Source of the DNA: a virus
Strand: one strand, 5' to 3'
DNA: 44,346 bases
Virus record (IMG/VR): IMGVR_UViG_3300029843_000012
Below, one piece after another: positions 32,877 to 41,799 of the stretch. The first letter of the stretch is position 1, and the number at the start of each line of letters is the position of its first letter. A program made the translations under genes and the position numbers. A model generated the notes under the pieces. The model saw only the letters and a program-made list of their open reading frames with translations, was not told the origin of the DNA and did not search any database.

Positions 32877-33186
32877 GCCGTTTATATGTGAGAGAGAACA
32901 AACGGTTGGCAATGCGGCGAAAAAGCCGTAAATTTGCCCCGTGGTTAAAAGATAACCGCAGAGATATAGAAAATATTGGATAAGACAATAAAGCCTCTTA
33001 AAATGGAAATTCCGTGCAAATAACTTGCAAAAGGGTCAGCAACGTTTTAAGGAGGTAAACAGGGGGAAAGGATAAAGCCCGGAACGAAAGAACAAAGGCA
33101 AAGGAGCCGATAAGGAACCAAGCCAAATGACGAAAAGGCGTAAAAGGGAGATTTTGACCCCTGTTGACATTAAAAGAGGTTAGACG

Positions 33187-33852
33187 ATGAAAAAGAGAAA
33201 GAAGCCATTAGGCTACAACAAACGTTCCGAGGAACAACGAATTTATGACATTCGGTTTTGTGCCGATTTGTTTTTGCGTGGTTATTCGTACCGGGAAATT
33301 GCGGACGCATTGAACCGGGATTTGTTCGCCCGTGGAATGGGTTATACAATAACCTTTCAAATGGTTTATTACGATTTGCAACAATGCCTTATCGAATGGA
33401 AGCGGGAACGGTTGGATACAATCGACGAATATGTTACACAGGAATTGCGCAAGTTGGATAAAATGGAGCAACAAGCGTGGGAGGCGTGGGAGGTATCCAA
33501 AACCGGAAAGCAGCGCACCAAAGAGAAAACCAACCGGGGGCGTCCTATCAAAACGGATGCGACCGACGGCGACCCGGAATATTACGGGTATGACGAAACG
33601 ACCGTTGAAACGTCGGCGGGCAATCCCCGGTTTTTAGATTTGTTGTTGAACATTCAACAACGCCGGGCAAAGATGTTGGGATTTGATGCACCCGTTAAAA
33701 TCGAAATCCCCGGATACAACGCCGGGACGGACGACGATAAACCGAAATATGATGTTAAGGCAATCCCGGACGACCTGTTGTTTGCCGTCGCCGACAAATT
33801 GCAGTCCGCCGAATTTCAAAAGACAATCGCCGAAAAAGGAGGGGCGCAATAA
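33187..33852 (+). CDS. terS: Terminase small subunit-like DNA-binding protein
   Basis: 221 aa with an N-terminal HTH-like region (FLRGYSYREIADALNRDL) and a coiled-coil middle. It lies upstream of terL with one small gene between them. Confidence 0.5.
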   Translation: MKKRKKPLGYNKRSEEQRIYDIRFCADLFLRGYSYREIADALNRDLFARGMGYTITFQMVYYDLQQCLIEWKRERLDTIDEYVTQELRKLDKMEQQAWEAWEVSKTGKQRTKEKTNRGRPIKTDATDGDPEYYGYDETTVETSAGNPRFLDLLLNIQQRRAKMLGFDAPVKIEIPGYNAGTDDDKPKYDVKAIPDDLLFAVADKLQSAEFQKTIAEKGGAQ

Positions 33853-34100
33853 TGGCAAGGCGAATGAATGTTGTTAAACAGGTTGTAACCAAAACGAACC
33901 ATTATTGCGGGGATTGCGGACACGGTGTTTGGTATTTCGACCATGCGAATTTAGATGTTGCAAATAGATTGCCGATTTGTTGCCGTTGTCCGTTTACTCC
34001 GAACCGTTCCCGGATAAGAAGCAAAACGGCGTGTTTGAATTGGATACCGAAAAAGCCCGGCGAATTGATAGTTACACCCGATAAAATTGTACGACCATGA
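33852..34100 (+). CDS. Small Cys-rich (zinc-binding-like) protein (82 aa)
   Basis: Contains YCGDCGHGVWYFDH...LPICCRCPF. Overlapping junctions on both sides (TAATG and ATGA). Confidence 0.6.
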   Translation: MARRMNVVKQVVTKTNHYCGDCGHGVWYFDHANLDVANRLPICCRCPFTPNRSRIRSKTACLNWIPKKPGELIVTPDKIVRP

Positions 34101-35650
34101 GCAACGAGGAATTATTGAAGATGTACGAGGCAATCAAGGCAGACCCCGGCGAATTGGTGCGAGCCGCCGCCCGTAAACGTCTTATCAACTTTGCCCGGTA
34201 TATGCAACCGGATTTGGTATTGGAACCGTTTCATGTTGTATATTATACCCTGTTGGATATGTTTGCGCATGGCAAAATACGAAAGATGATTGTACAACAA
34301 CCGCCGCAACATGGAAAATCGGAGGGGTCGAGCCGAAAGTTACCCGCTTTCATGGAGGGATTGAACCCGGATTTGAAAATAGTTATCGGGTCGTATGCTG
34401 CAACCATTGCACGAGATTTCAACCGGGATGTACAACGTATTATCGACACGCCCCGGTATCGTGAATTGTTTCCCGGTACGTATTTGAACGGTTCCAACGT
34501 AGTAACAATGGCGAATACCTATTTGCGGAATAGTGATGTTATCGAAATGGTAGGGCGCAAAGGGTCGTTGCGTGTTGTAGGTCGTGGCGGTTCCCTTACA
34601 TCTAAAACCGTGGACGTGTCGATATTGGACGACGTGTATAAAGATTATGCCGAGGGTAATAGCCCGATTGTAAGGGCGGCGGCGTGGAAATGGTACACAA
34701 CCGTTGTTCGTACCCGTTTGCATAATGATTCGCAAGAACTCATTGTTTTTACCCGATGGCACGACGACGATTTGATAGGACGTATTGAGAAAAGCGGGGA
34801 AATTATTATTGATGTTAAGTGTTGGGCTGATTTGGATAACATACCCCCCGGCGCATGGGTTAGAATAAACTTTGAGGCATTGAAAACAGGAGAACCCACG
34901 GAGATAGACCCACGGGAACCGGGGGCGGCATTATGGGAAAGCCGACACAGTAAGCAAAAGTTGGAAGCGCAAAAAGCATTAGACCCGGTACAATTTCAAT
35001 GCCTCTATCAAGGCAACCCCGGTTCTGCCGAGGGTCGATTATATCAACCGTTCAAAACGTGGGTTGAAAAATCCGATTACGGCACGTACATACGTTCCGG
35101 CGCATACATTGACGTTGCCGATGAGGGCGACGACCTTTTGTTTGGTGCAACGTATGACGTCTATAAATCCGACAACATGGTTTTCAACGAAAAGACAAAG
35201 CGGATGGAACCGTTATTATTCGCCCTAATTACTGATATGGAAATGACGGACGAAAACACGGATGTAACAACCGTAACCGTTCCGGCGATGATAAACCGCA
35301 ACGGCACGCAAAAAGCATGGGTTGAGAGTAACAACGGCGGGGCGGGCTTTGAAAAGGTTATTAAAAAGAAAGTCCGGGCGATTACCGACCCGTTTTATCA
35401 AGGGGGTAACAAGGAAAGCCGGATTATCACTAATTCCGCAATGGTAAACCAACATATAATAATGCCGTTCGGATGGGAAACCCGGTACAAGGCAGTTTAC
35501 GACCACATTACAACCTTTTTGCGTAACTTCGATGCTAACACGCACGACGACCCGGAAGATGGGTTAACCGGAATATACGAAAAGGAAATATCGGACGGCA
35601 ATTTGCAGCCATACGCACACGCCAACCGGGGTGTTAAGCGTCGTAATTAG
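34097..35650 (+). CDS. terL: Terminase large subunit
   Basis: Walker A-like QQPPQHGKSE, Walker B VSILDDVY, coupling motif FTRWHDDDL, and C-terminal nuclease acidic residues (YIDVADEGDD, HDDPEDGL). Confidence 0.85.
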   Translation: MSNEELLKMYEAIKADPGELVRAAARKRLINFARYMQPDLVLEPFHVVYYTLLDMFAHGKIRKMIVQQPPQHGKSEGSSRKLPAFMEGLNPDLKIVIGSYAATIARDFNRDVQRIIDTPRYRELFPGTYLNGSNVVTMANTYLRNSDVIEMVGRKGSLRVVGRGGSLTSKTVDVSILDDVYKDYAEGNSPIVRAAAWKWYTTVVRTRLHNDSQELIVFTRWHDDDLIGRIEKSGEIIIDVKCWADLDNIPPGAWVRINFEALKTGEPTEIDPREPGAALWESRHSKQKLEAQKALDPVQFQCLYQGNPGSAEGRLYQPFKTWVEKSDYGTYIRSGAYIDVADEGDDLLFGATYDVYKSDNMVFNEKTKRMEPLLFALITDMEMTDENTDVTTVTVPAMINRNGTQKAWVESNNGGAGFEKVIKKKVRAITDPFYQGGNKESRIITNSAMVNQHIIMPFGWETRYKAVYDHITTFLRNFDANTHDDPEDGLTGIYEKEISDGNLQPYAHANRGVKRRN

Positions 35651-35692
35651 CAATATTATTGAGATATGCAAGATTATACCGGAAAAAGTTTA

Positions 35693-35700
35693 TAACTTTG
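35693..35700 (+). promoter_or_regulatory. -7 promoter box TAACTTTG
   Basis: It matches TAnnTTTG within the 121-nt gap between terL and gene 35772. Confidence 0.4.
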
Positions 35701-35771
35701 TAGCGAAAACAAAGGGCAAAGGGAAAGCCCGGAGATAATGAATTTAGTTTTAACGTTAAAAATTAAAGAGT

Positions 35772-36410
35772 ATGATTACTTGTAAGTGTCCGGCGGCGGC
35801 TTCATTGCCCGATATTCCCGCCGTAAATTGCACCGAAAGTTTCGGGCAGATTCAAAAGGTAGCGTTTCAACGTCTGACTAAAGAGGACGGAACGAAAAAC
35901 GGTTTCACAACTGAAAAGGCGATAACGTTGTTGGCTTCATGGACGCCGTTGTTGACAGCCGAGGGCAGCACTAAAGTTGTTGTTTCCCCGTACATCCAAG
36001 CCCCAACCAATGAAGCCGGAGCCGCCCGCACATTTGGAGGCGGTAACGAGACATTGGGAGGCGTTGAGGAAATTATCGGACGTGAGCCGAACCCGTTCAC
36101 GGGCGTAATGCGCAAAATTCCCCAAGCCGTAATTAAGGCGATGAAAGAATTGCAATGCGAAAGTTGGGGCGATAATTTGGGCGTTTACCTGTTTGATGAA
36201 AACGGAAGTATTGAGGCAATACAGGATGCCACGGTTAAGACGACCTATTACCCTATTCCAATCCGTTCTTTGTTCATTGGCGATAAGTCGCACGGAGGTT
36301 TGGAAGCCCCGGACAGCAACGCAATTCAATGGTCGTTTTTGCCTAACTATTCCGACGACCTTGTTATTGTTGCACCGGATTTCAACCCGTTAACCGACCT
36401 CAAACCCTAA
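35772..36410 (+). CDS. Hypothetical, probably structural, protein (212 aa)
   Basis: The ORF has its own promoter-like box and lies between terL and the portal-like gene. No motif recognised. Confidence 0.7.
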   Translation: MITCKCPAAASLPDIPAVNCTESFGQIQKVAFQRLTKEDGTKNGFTTEKAITLLASWTPLLTAEGSTKVVVSPYIQAPTNEAGAARTFGGGNETLGGVEEIIGREPNPFTGVMRKIPQAVIKAMKELQCESWGDNLGVYLFDENGSIEAIQDATVKTTYYPIPIRSLFIGDKSHGGLEAPDSNAIQWSFLPNYSDDLVIVAPDFNPLTDLKP

Positions 36411-36414
36411 CGAT

Positions 36415-36636
36415 ATGGCGGCGAAAGTTCAAAAGGTTGCGTTGGTTAACGACACGTTGAACGTAACCGAAGAATTTACGATAACGCACGCCGAACGTCT
36501 TTTGCGATTACGCAATAATGGCGGTTGGAGATTGCCGGATAATTCAACTTTTAAATTTGATAACGAAAATGGGATTGGATATAAACGAGATAAGGAAGCG
36601 GATAACGGAGCCGAAAAAGCGCAAAACGATAAATAG
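36415..36636 (+). CDS. Hypothetical protein (73 aa)
   Basis: The ORF starts 5 nt after the upstream stop. Confidence 0.6.
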   Translation: MAAKVQKVALVNDTLNVTEEFTITHAERLLRLRNNGGWRLPDNSTFKFDNENGIGYKRDKEADNGAEKAQNDK

Positions 36637-38296
36637 AGCAATCTATCATCAATTGCGCATTAATTTTCACGCCCGCACACGCATAACGTCGTTTGACATT
36701 TGCCAACCGATAACGGATTTTTTGGCATTTGTTTCCAATCTATTGCCGCATGACAAGTTTAAGATGTTCAAAACATTGTTCCGTTACCCCGTTAAGACAA
36801 ACGAGGTAACGGGCATTTGTTTTGATAAGTTGAGCCGTATTTTTGACGGTCGTAACCCGGCGTTCAATTATCAGTTTCAGAACCCGGAACAACGGGACGA
36901 TTGGGAGTATTACCGCCAAGACGTATTACACGAGCCGGAAATATGGAGTACAAAGGGATGGGAATTTTTTCAGACCGAAATAAATAGCGTTCTAATCGTT
37001 GATATGCCGAGCGAACAAAAACCCGGCGACAAATACCCGCAACCGTATTTCTATTGGTTGCCTATTGCGTCGGTTATTGATTACAGAGCCAACGAGACGA
37101 CGGGGGTAATGGATTACATTATTTTCCGGCAGGATGGCGAACGTATCGCAGTTATCGACGACGAACGTTATAGAGTATTCCGGGAAGATAAAAGCCACAA
37201 TATTGGCGAATTGCTGATTGATAACCCGCACGATGTAGGTTATTGCCCCGCCCGCTTCTTTTGGAACGAGCCGTTGAGCCTTGCAGAACCCGACATTAAA
37301 CAATCCCCGCTAACCAAGCAATTGGAGGCGTTGGATTGGTTTTTGTTTTACCATATCAGTAAACGACATTTAGACTTATACGGCGCATATCCGATTTATT
37401 CCGGGTATGAACAAAGTTGCGATTTCAGTAACGGCGAAAATGGCGATTATTGCGATGGCGGTTTTCTGAAAGACAAACAGGGCTTTTATAGATTGGATGC
37501 CGCCGGGTTGTTAATGCGTTGTCCTAAATGCGGCGATAGTCGTATTAACGGTGTTGGAACCTTTGTTGAGATACCAATACCGGACGGGGATAAACAACCC
37601 GATTTGCGCAACCCGGTTCAAATGTTGACCGTTGACCGTAGTAGCTTAGATTACAACGTTGAGGAAGAAAAACGGCTAAAGAACGACATTATAACGTCGG
37701 TTGTTGGAACCAACGAGGAAATAACTACACGGGACGCATTGAACGAGCAACAAATACAGGCGAATTTTGAAAGCCAAAGTACGGTATTGAACCGGATTAA
37801 GAAAGGGTTTGAGGCGGCACAACAATTCGTTGATGAAACGGTTTGCCGATTGCGTTACGGTAGTTTGTTTGTTTCGGCTAAAGTTAATTACGGCACGGAG
37901 TTCTATTTATCCAATGCAACGGAGTTGCGGGAACGGTATAAGATAGCAAAGGAAAGCGGTGCAAGCGAGGCGGAATTAGACGCCCTACAAAACCAAATTA
38001 TCGAAACGGAATACCGGAACAATCCAACCCAATTGCAACGTATGTTGACGTTGGCGGAATTGGAACCGTACCGACATTTGACCCGTTCCGAGGTATTGGA
38101 TTTGTACGGAAAGAACATTATCAGCGAAAACGATATGCGTATAAAGTTGAATTTTGCTAACTTTGTACGTAGATTTGAGCGTGAATATTTGAACGTGTTA
38201 GAGTTTGGGTATAATATGCCGTTCAACTCTAAGATAAATTTTATAACAAATAAATTTAACGATTATGCGAGTGAAAGTAAGCGAGGGCAAAACTAA
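36569..38296 (+). CDS. Portal-like protein (start uncertain)
   Basis: A large ORF (about 575 aa) lies between terL and the scaffold and capsid genes. Candidate starts are ATG 36569 (68-nt overlap with the upstream gene), TTG 36653 and ATG 36764. Confidence 0.5.
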   Translation: MGLDINEIRKRITEPKKRKTINRAIYHQLRINFHARTRITSFDICQPITDFLAFVSNLLPHDKFKMFKTLFRYPVKTNEVTGICFDKLSRIFDGRNPAFNYQFQNPEQRDDWEYYRQDVLHEPEIWSTKGWEFFQTEINSVLIVDMPSEQKPGDKYPQPYFYWLPIASVIDYRANETTGVMDYIIFRQDGERIAVIDDERYRVFREDKSHNIGELLIDNPHDVGYCPARFFWNEPLSLAEPDIKQSPLTKQLEALDWFLFYHISKRHLDLYGAYPIYSGYEQSCDFSNGENGDYCDGGFLKDKQGFYRLDAAGLLMRCPKCGDSRINGVGTFVEIPIPDGDKQPDLRNPVQMLTVDRSSLDYNVEEEKRLKNDIITSVVGTNEEITTRDALNEQQIQANFESQSTVLNRIKKGFEAAQQFVDETVCRLRYGSLFVSAKVNYGTEFYLSNATELRERYKIAKESGASEAELDALQNQIIETEYRNNPTQLQRMLTLAELEPYRHLTRSEVLDLYGKNIISENDMRIKLNFANFVRRFEREYLNVLEFGYNMPFNSKINFITNKFNDYASESKRGQN

Positions 38297-38765
38297 AGAC
38301 GTTGCGATTATCGACGTTACGCCCGAAAATTACATTGTCCCCGACAATGAGAAACATTTGTATCATTGCGTTATCGAAATTAAGAAATTCGATAGCGAAA
38401 CGGGTAAACGGTTATCAATCCCCCGTATTCAGAAATTCGGCAAAAAAGGCTATGAAAATAGCATTGCCGAAAATCTGAAAAAACAGGGTTACACGATTAC
38501 CGTATTGCACGACCCCAACGAGTACATGAAAGCGAAAGCCGAGGCGGACGAAAAGGCAAAGGCAGAAAAAGCCAAAGCCGCTGAGGAAAAAGCCAAAGCG
38601 AAAGCCGAGGCGGACGCCAAAGCCAAAGCCGAGGAAAAGGCAGCGTTGAAAGCCGAGATTTTGGCAGAACTGAAAGCGGCGGGAGTTATCCCGGCGGAAC
38701 CCGCCAAAGAAACCAAAGCCGATGCAAAGGCAGAAGCCGAGGACAAACCCGGAGCGAAAAAGTAA
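38265..38765 (+). CDS. Hypothetical head-module protein with a Lys/Ala/Glu low-complexity repeat
   Basis: 166 aa. The second half reads KAKAEADEKAKAEKAKAAEEKAKAKAEADAKAKAEEKAALKAE. The gene overlaps the end of the portal-like gene by 32 nt. Confidence 0.65.
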   Translation: MRVKVSEGKTKDVAIIDVTPENYIVPDNEKHLYHCVIEIKKFDSETGKRLSIPRIQKFGKKGYENSIAENLKKQGYTITVLHDPNEYMKAKAEADEKAKAEKAKAAEEKAKAKAEADAKAKAEEKAALKAEILAELKAAGVIPAEPAKETKADAKAEAEDKPGAKK

Positions 38766-38794
38766 CAGAGTATTAAGCTATTAAAAATACGATT

Positions 38795-39064
38795 ATGGCA
38801 CAGATTGCACAGCAGGACAATTTGGTTATTGAAGTAACAACAACAACCGCCGCATTGGATGGCGACACAAAGAAAAAGTTGATTGAATGTATTGAGGGCG
38901 GAACAATTACCGACGTCATTTTGGTAACAAAAGAGGTTGAAAAGAAAATCAGCCATGCACGTGTTGTTAGTTGGTTGGTTGACACAACCGGGGATTCGCC
39001 AAAATACACAATTGATATTATTAACGCAAACAGCGGAGCAGTAGAAGCAATCGCACTTAATTAA
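38795..39064 (+). CDS. Hypothetical protein (89 aa)
   Basis: ORF in the head module. Confidence 0.65.
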   Translation: MAQIAQQDNLVIEVTTTTAALDGDTKKKLIECIEGGTITDVILVTKEVEKKISHARVVSWLVDTTGDSPKYTIDIINANSGAVEAIALN

Positions 39065-39083
39065 TTCAAAGGGTAAGAATATT

Positions 39084-40031
39084 ATGTTAACGAGAGAAAT
39101 TTTACTTGCAAATGCAGCTTTGTCGGGATTGTCTGACGAACAAATTACAGCGATAACCACGTTATCCGCCAACGACGAAAATAGCGTTATCGCCAAAAAG
39201 ACGGGCGAAATTTACGGCGGATTGGATGCCGATATTTTGGCGGTGTCCGGTATCGCAAAGAACGGAACCGAAAAGACGTTTGATTACGCCAAACGAGTAT
39301 TAACCGAGTTCAAAACCAAAGTTGAGGGCGCAAACGGTCTGCAATCACAGATTGACAGCCTAACCAAAGAAAAGGCACGTTTGGAAAAAGCCATTGCCGA
39401 CGGTGCGACGGATGCGGAAACCGCAAAGGCATTGAAGCAAGCAAAGGCAGATTTGCAAAGCGTTACGACCCAATACAACGACCTCAAAACGAAATACGAC
39501 CAAGCCGAACAAACCCACACAAACGAGGTGTTCGGCATTCGTGTTGAAACGGCATTGCAGACAGCAACCGCCGGATTGAAGTTTAAGGCAGGGTTGCCGG
39601 AAAGCGCAACAAAGGTTTTGTTAGACCAAGCGATTGCAAAGATTAAGGGCATGAACCCCGAATTTATCGACGACGGAAAGGGCGGCAAAATGTTAGCGTT
39701 TAAGGACGAAAACGGCGCAATCATGCGCAACCCGAACAATCAGTTGAACCCGTACACCCCCGGCGACCTTTTGACCCGTGAATTGGAAACAATGGGTATT
39801 TTGGATAAGGGACGCCAAGCGGCGGGCGGCGGTACAGGCGCACTAAGTGGAGGCAGTGCGGGCGGTAATATTACCGTTGACATATCCGGCGCAAAAACGA
39901 GGGTTGAGGCATACGACGCAATTACGGCGACATTGGAACAACAAGGGTTAAAAGTCGGAACGGCAGAATTTGACGCCGGAATGCAACAAGCATGGAAAGA
40001 CAACAATATTGCCGCATTGCCGGAAAAGTAA
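39084..40031 (+). CDS. Scaffolding-like protein
   Basis: 315 aa, helical and coiled-coil rich, immediately upstream of the capsid gene. Confidence 0.5.
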   Translation: MLTREILLANAALSGLSDEQITAITTLSANDENSVIAKKTGEIYGGLDADILAVSGIAKNGTEKTFDYAKRVLTEFKTKVEGANGLQSQIDSLTKEKARLEKAIADGATDAETAKALKQAKADLQSVTTQYNDLKTKYDQAEQTHTNEVFGIRVETALQTATAGLKFKAGLPESATKVLLDQAIAKIKGMNPEFIDDGKGGKMLAFKDENGAIMRNPNNQLNPYTPGDLLTRELETMGILDKGRQAAGGGTGALSGGSAGGNITVDISGAKTRVEAYDAITATLEQQGLKVGTAEFDAGMQQAWKDNNIAALPEK

Positions 40032-40040
40032 AAGACAACA

Positions 40041-40059
40041 CGGGTAAAGGGTAAACCCG
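40041..40059 (+). other. Small hairpin CGGGT-AAAGGGTAA-ACCCG between the scaffold and capsid genes
   Basis: 5-bp stem, 10 nt after the stop. Confidence 0.35.
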
Positions 40060-40088
40060 CATTTATAAACAATTTAATTTTTTAAACA

Positions 40089-41201
40089 ATGAGTTTAATT
40101 GCAACAAGAGTACAGAATTGGCGGATAGAGAACCCGGAGTTAGACCGTAATATGTTCCGCCCGTGTGAGTACGGCGCATTGGATTTCTTTATTGAGCAAA
40201 CCAACGCCCCCAACTCAATTATTAGCCCTAATTTGAGAGATAGGGCATTAGTAAGTATCGGTAACACGGTACAAGTTCCCGTTATCAATTACGACGAAAA
40301 CGTACAAGTTAGCAACGTGCGTTCGTGCGTTATTGCCGACAATGAAAATACGTCCGCATTGGTAACGCTTGTTTGGGCGACGTATGCAATTGGTTTTACA
40401 ATGGTTCCGGCGGCATACTCAAACAATGAGATTTCGTACAATCATGACTTTATGCGCAAAATGGAGAAAACAACCCGTGCGTTGGCGGACGCTTTGGATA
40501 AAGGAGCCGTTGCCGCATTGGAGGCGAACAAAACGCAGGTGTTCAAAACATTGCTCAATTACACGCAGACCGGGAACGTTGTACAAGTGCCAACCCAAAT
40601 GGCAACCGAGATTTTGGGCGATATTAACCCAATCATGCGGGCGAATTGTTACCCGGAATATATCCACCTTATCGCAAATGCGGGGGTTGATAGCCTAATA
40701 CGCAAGTTGGCGCAACATGGCGTTTACAACGACGTTAATAAGCGCATGGAGTACGATAACAAGGTATTGCATTATACCAACAACGTAACGGATGAAGCGG
40801 GCAAAATGGGAACAATGTTTGCCGTTGCCGATGGAAACGTTGGTATCTTAACCCGTGTTGACCGTGAGGCATACCGCCGCACCCGTGCGAATTTCCACGA
40901 ATGGGACATTGTACGATTGCCGTACATTGATTTGCCCGTTGGTTCGCATTATTATACCGCCGTGGGCGACCAATCGGCGATTATGGGCGACGCAACCGCC
41001 GATTTGACGTGTGCGGTTAAGGAGTATTTCGGATTTAGCGTTGATGTTGCCTACATGGTATCATATAACAGCAACCCGGAGACCGTGGCAAATCCGATTA
41101 TCAAAGCCGAGATTGCATCACGCAACCCGAACGAACCGTTAGGAATGCCCGTATATGTAACCAACGCCGGGGAATTTCCGGCCGGGGGTGCAGGCGCATA
41201 A
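40089..41201 (+). CDS. Major capsid protein (by position)
   Basis: The 370-aa ORF follows the scaffolding-like gene and is followed by the strongest terminator in the window. Confidence 0.6.
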   Translation: MSLIATRVQNWRIENPELDRNMFRPCEYGALDFFIEQTNAPNSIISPNLRDRALVSIGNTVQVPVINYDENVQVSNVRSCVIADNENTSALVTLVWATYAIGFTMVPAAYSNNEISYNHDFMRKMEKTTRALADALDKGAVAALEANKTQVFKTLLNYTQTGNVVQVPTQMATEILGDINPIMRANCYPEYIHLIANAGVDSLIRKLAQHGVYNDVNKRMEYDNKVLHYTNNVTDEAGKMGTMFAVADGNVGILTRVDREAYRRTRANFHEWDIVRLPYIDLPVGSHYYTAVGDQSAIMGDATADLTCAVKEYFGFSVDVAYMVSYNSNPETVANPIIKAEIASRNPNEPLGMPVYVTNAGEFPAGGAGA

Positions 41202-41230
41202 GCCGGAAAACGGAACGATTATTTAACCGA

Positions 41231-41264
41231 GGGGACGGGGTGGTTATCCCCGCCCCCTTTTTTT
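41231..41264 (+). terminator. Strong rho-independent terminator
   Basis: GGGGACGGGG-TGGTTAT-CCCCGCCCCC followed by seven T residues. Confidence 0.8.
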
Positions 41265-41274
41265 AATTAATGAT

Positions 41275-41799
41275 ATGGAAAGTTGGAAAGTAATATACGA
41301 TTTCCCAAATTATGAAATAAGTAATTACGGAAACGTGCGTAATAATACAAAGATAGTTAAAGCCGTTCCCAATAAGCACGGGTATAATGTTGTAGTATTG
41401 TGCAATGGTATTCGTAAATCTGTTAATATTCATAGATTAGTTGCGGCGGCTTTCATTCCGAACCCGGACAATAAACCATGTGTTGACCATATCGACGGTG
41501 ACAAATCGAATAATAGGGCGGACAATTTGCGTTGGGTTACAACCAAAGAAAATTGTAATAATCCAATAACAAAATCACGCCTAAATAAAAAGATTGGCGA
41601 ATATATGGTTGGGAGATTAGGCGGATTGCACCAACGAGCAAAACAAATTGCGATGTATCCCATTTGCGGCGATTTGATAAAAACATTCTTATCAGTAAAA
41701 GACGCACAACGGGAAACGGGTTTAAATGATAGTAATATTGTTAAATGCTGTAAGGGTATAAAAAAGACTTGCGGCGGTTATATTTGGGCTTATGTATAG
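41275..41799 (+). CDS. HNH homing endonuclease (NUMOD4 plus HNH_3-like), paralog 5
   Basis: MESWKVIYDFPNYEISNYGNVRN and HRLVAAAFIPNPDNKPCVDHIDGDKSNNRADNLRWVTTKEN. It is inserted between the capsid terminator and the next structural gene. Confidence 0.85.
   Translation: MESWKVIYDFPNYEISNYGNVRNNTKIVKAVPNKHGYNVVVLCNGIRKSVNIHRLVAAAFIPNPDNKPCVDHIDGDKSNNRADNLRWVTTKENCNNPITKSRLNKKIGEYMVGRLGGLHQRAKQIAMYPICGDLIKTFLSVKDAQRETGLNDSNIVKCCKGIKKTCGGYIWAYV
41431..41540 (+). repeat. Dispersed 110-nt repeat (HNH core), copy C
   Basis: See 25009..25118. Confidence 0.85.

Noticed and set aside
32844-33186. tRNA or other classical RNA gene in the long intergenic regions (also 12077..12378, 14768..14990 and 35651..35771)
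   Set aside because: I found no cloverleaf arrangement and no T-loop GTTCRANYC-like motif in any of them.
40369-40698. Alternative-frame + strand ORFs nested in larger genes (40369, 10953, 18800, 23501, 20618, 26802, 31830, 33258, 33431, 33683, 36193, 42468, 9668)
   Set aside because: They are fully embedded in longer, better-supported genes. They have odd composition (Arg/Cys/Trp-rich) and no start context. I treat them as chance ORFs.
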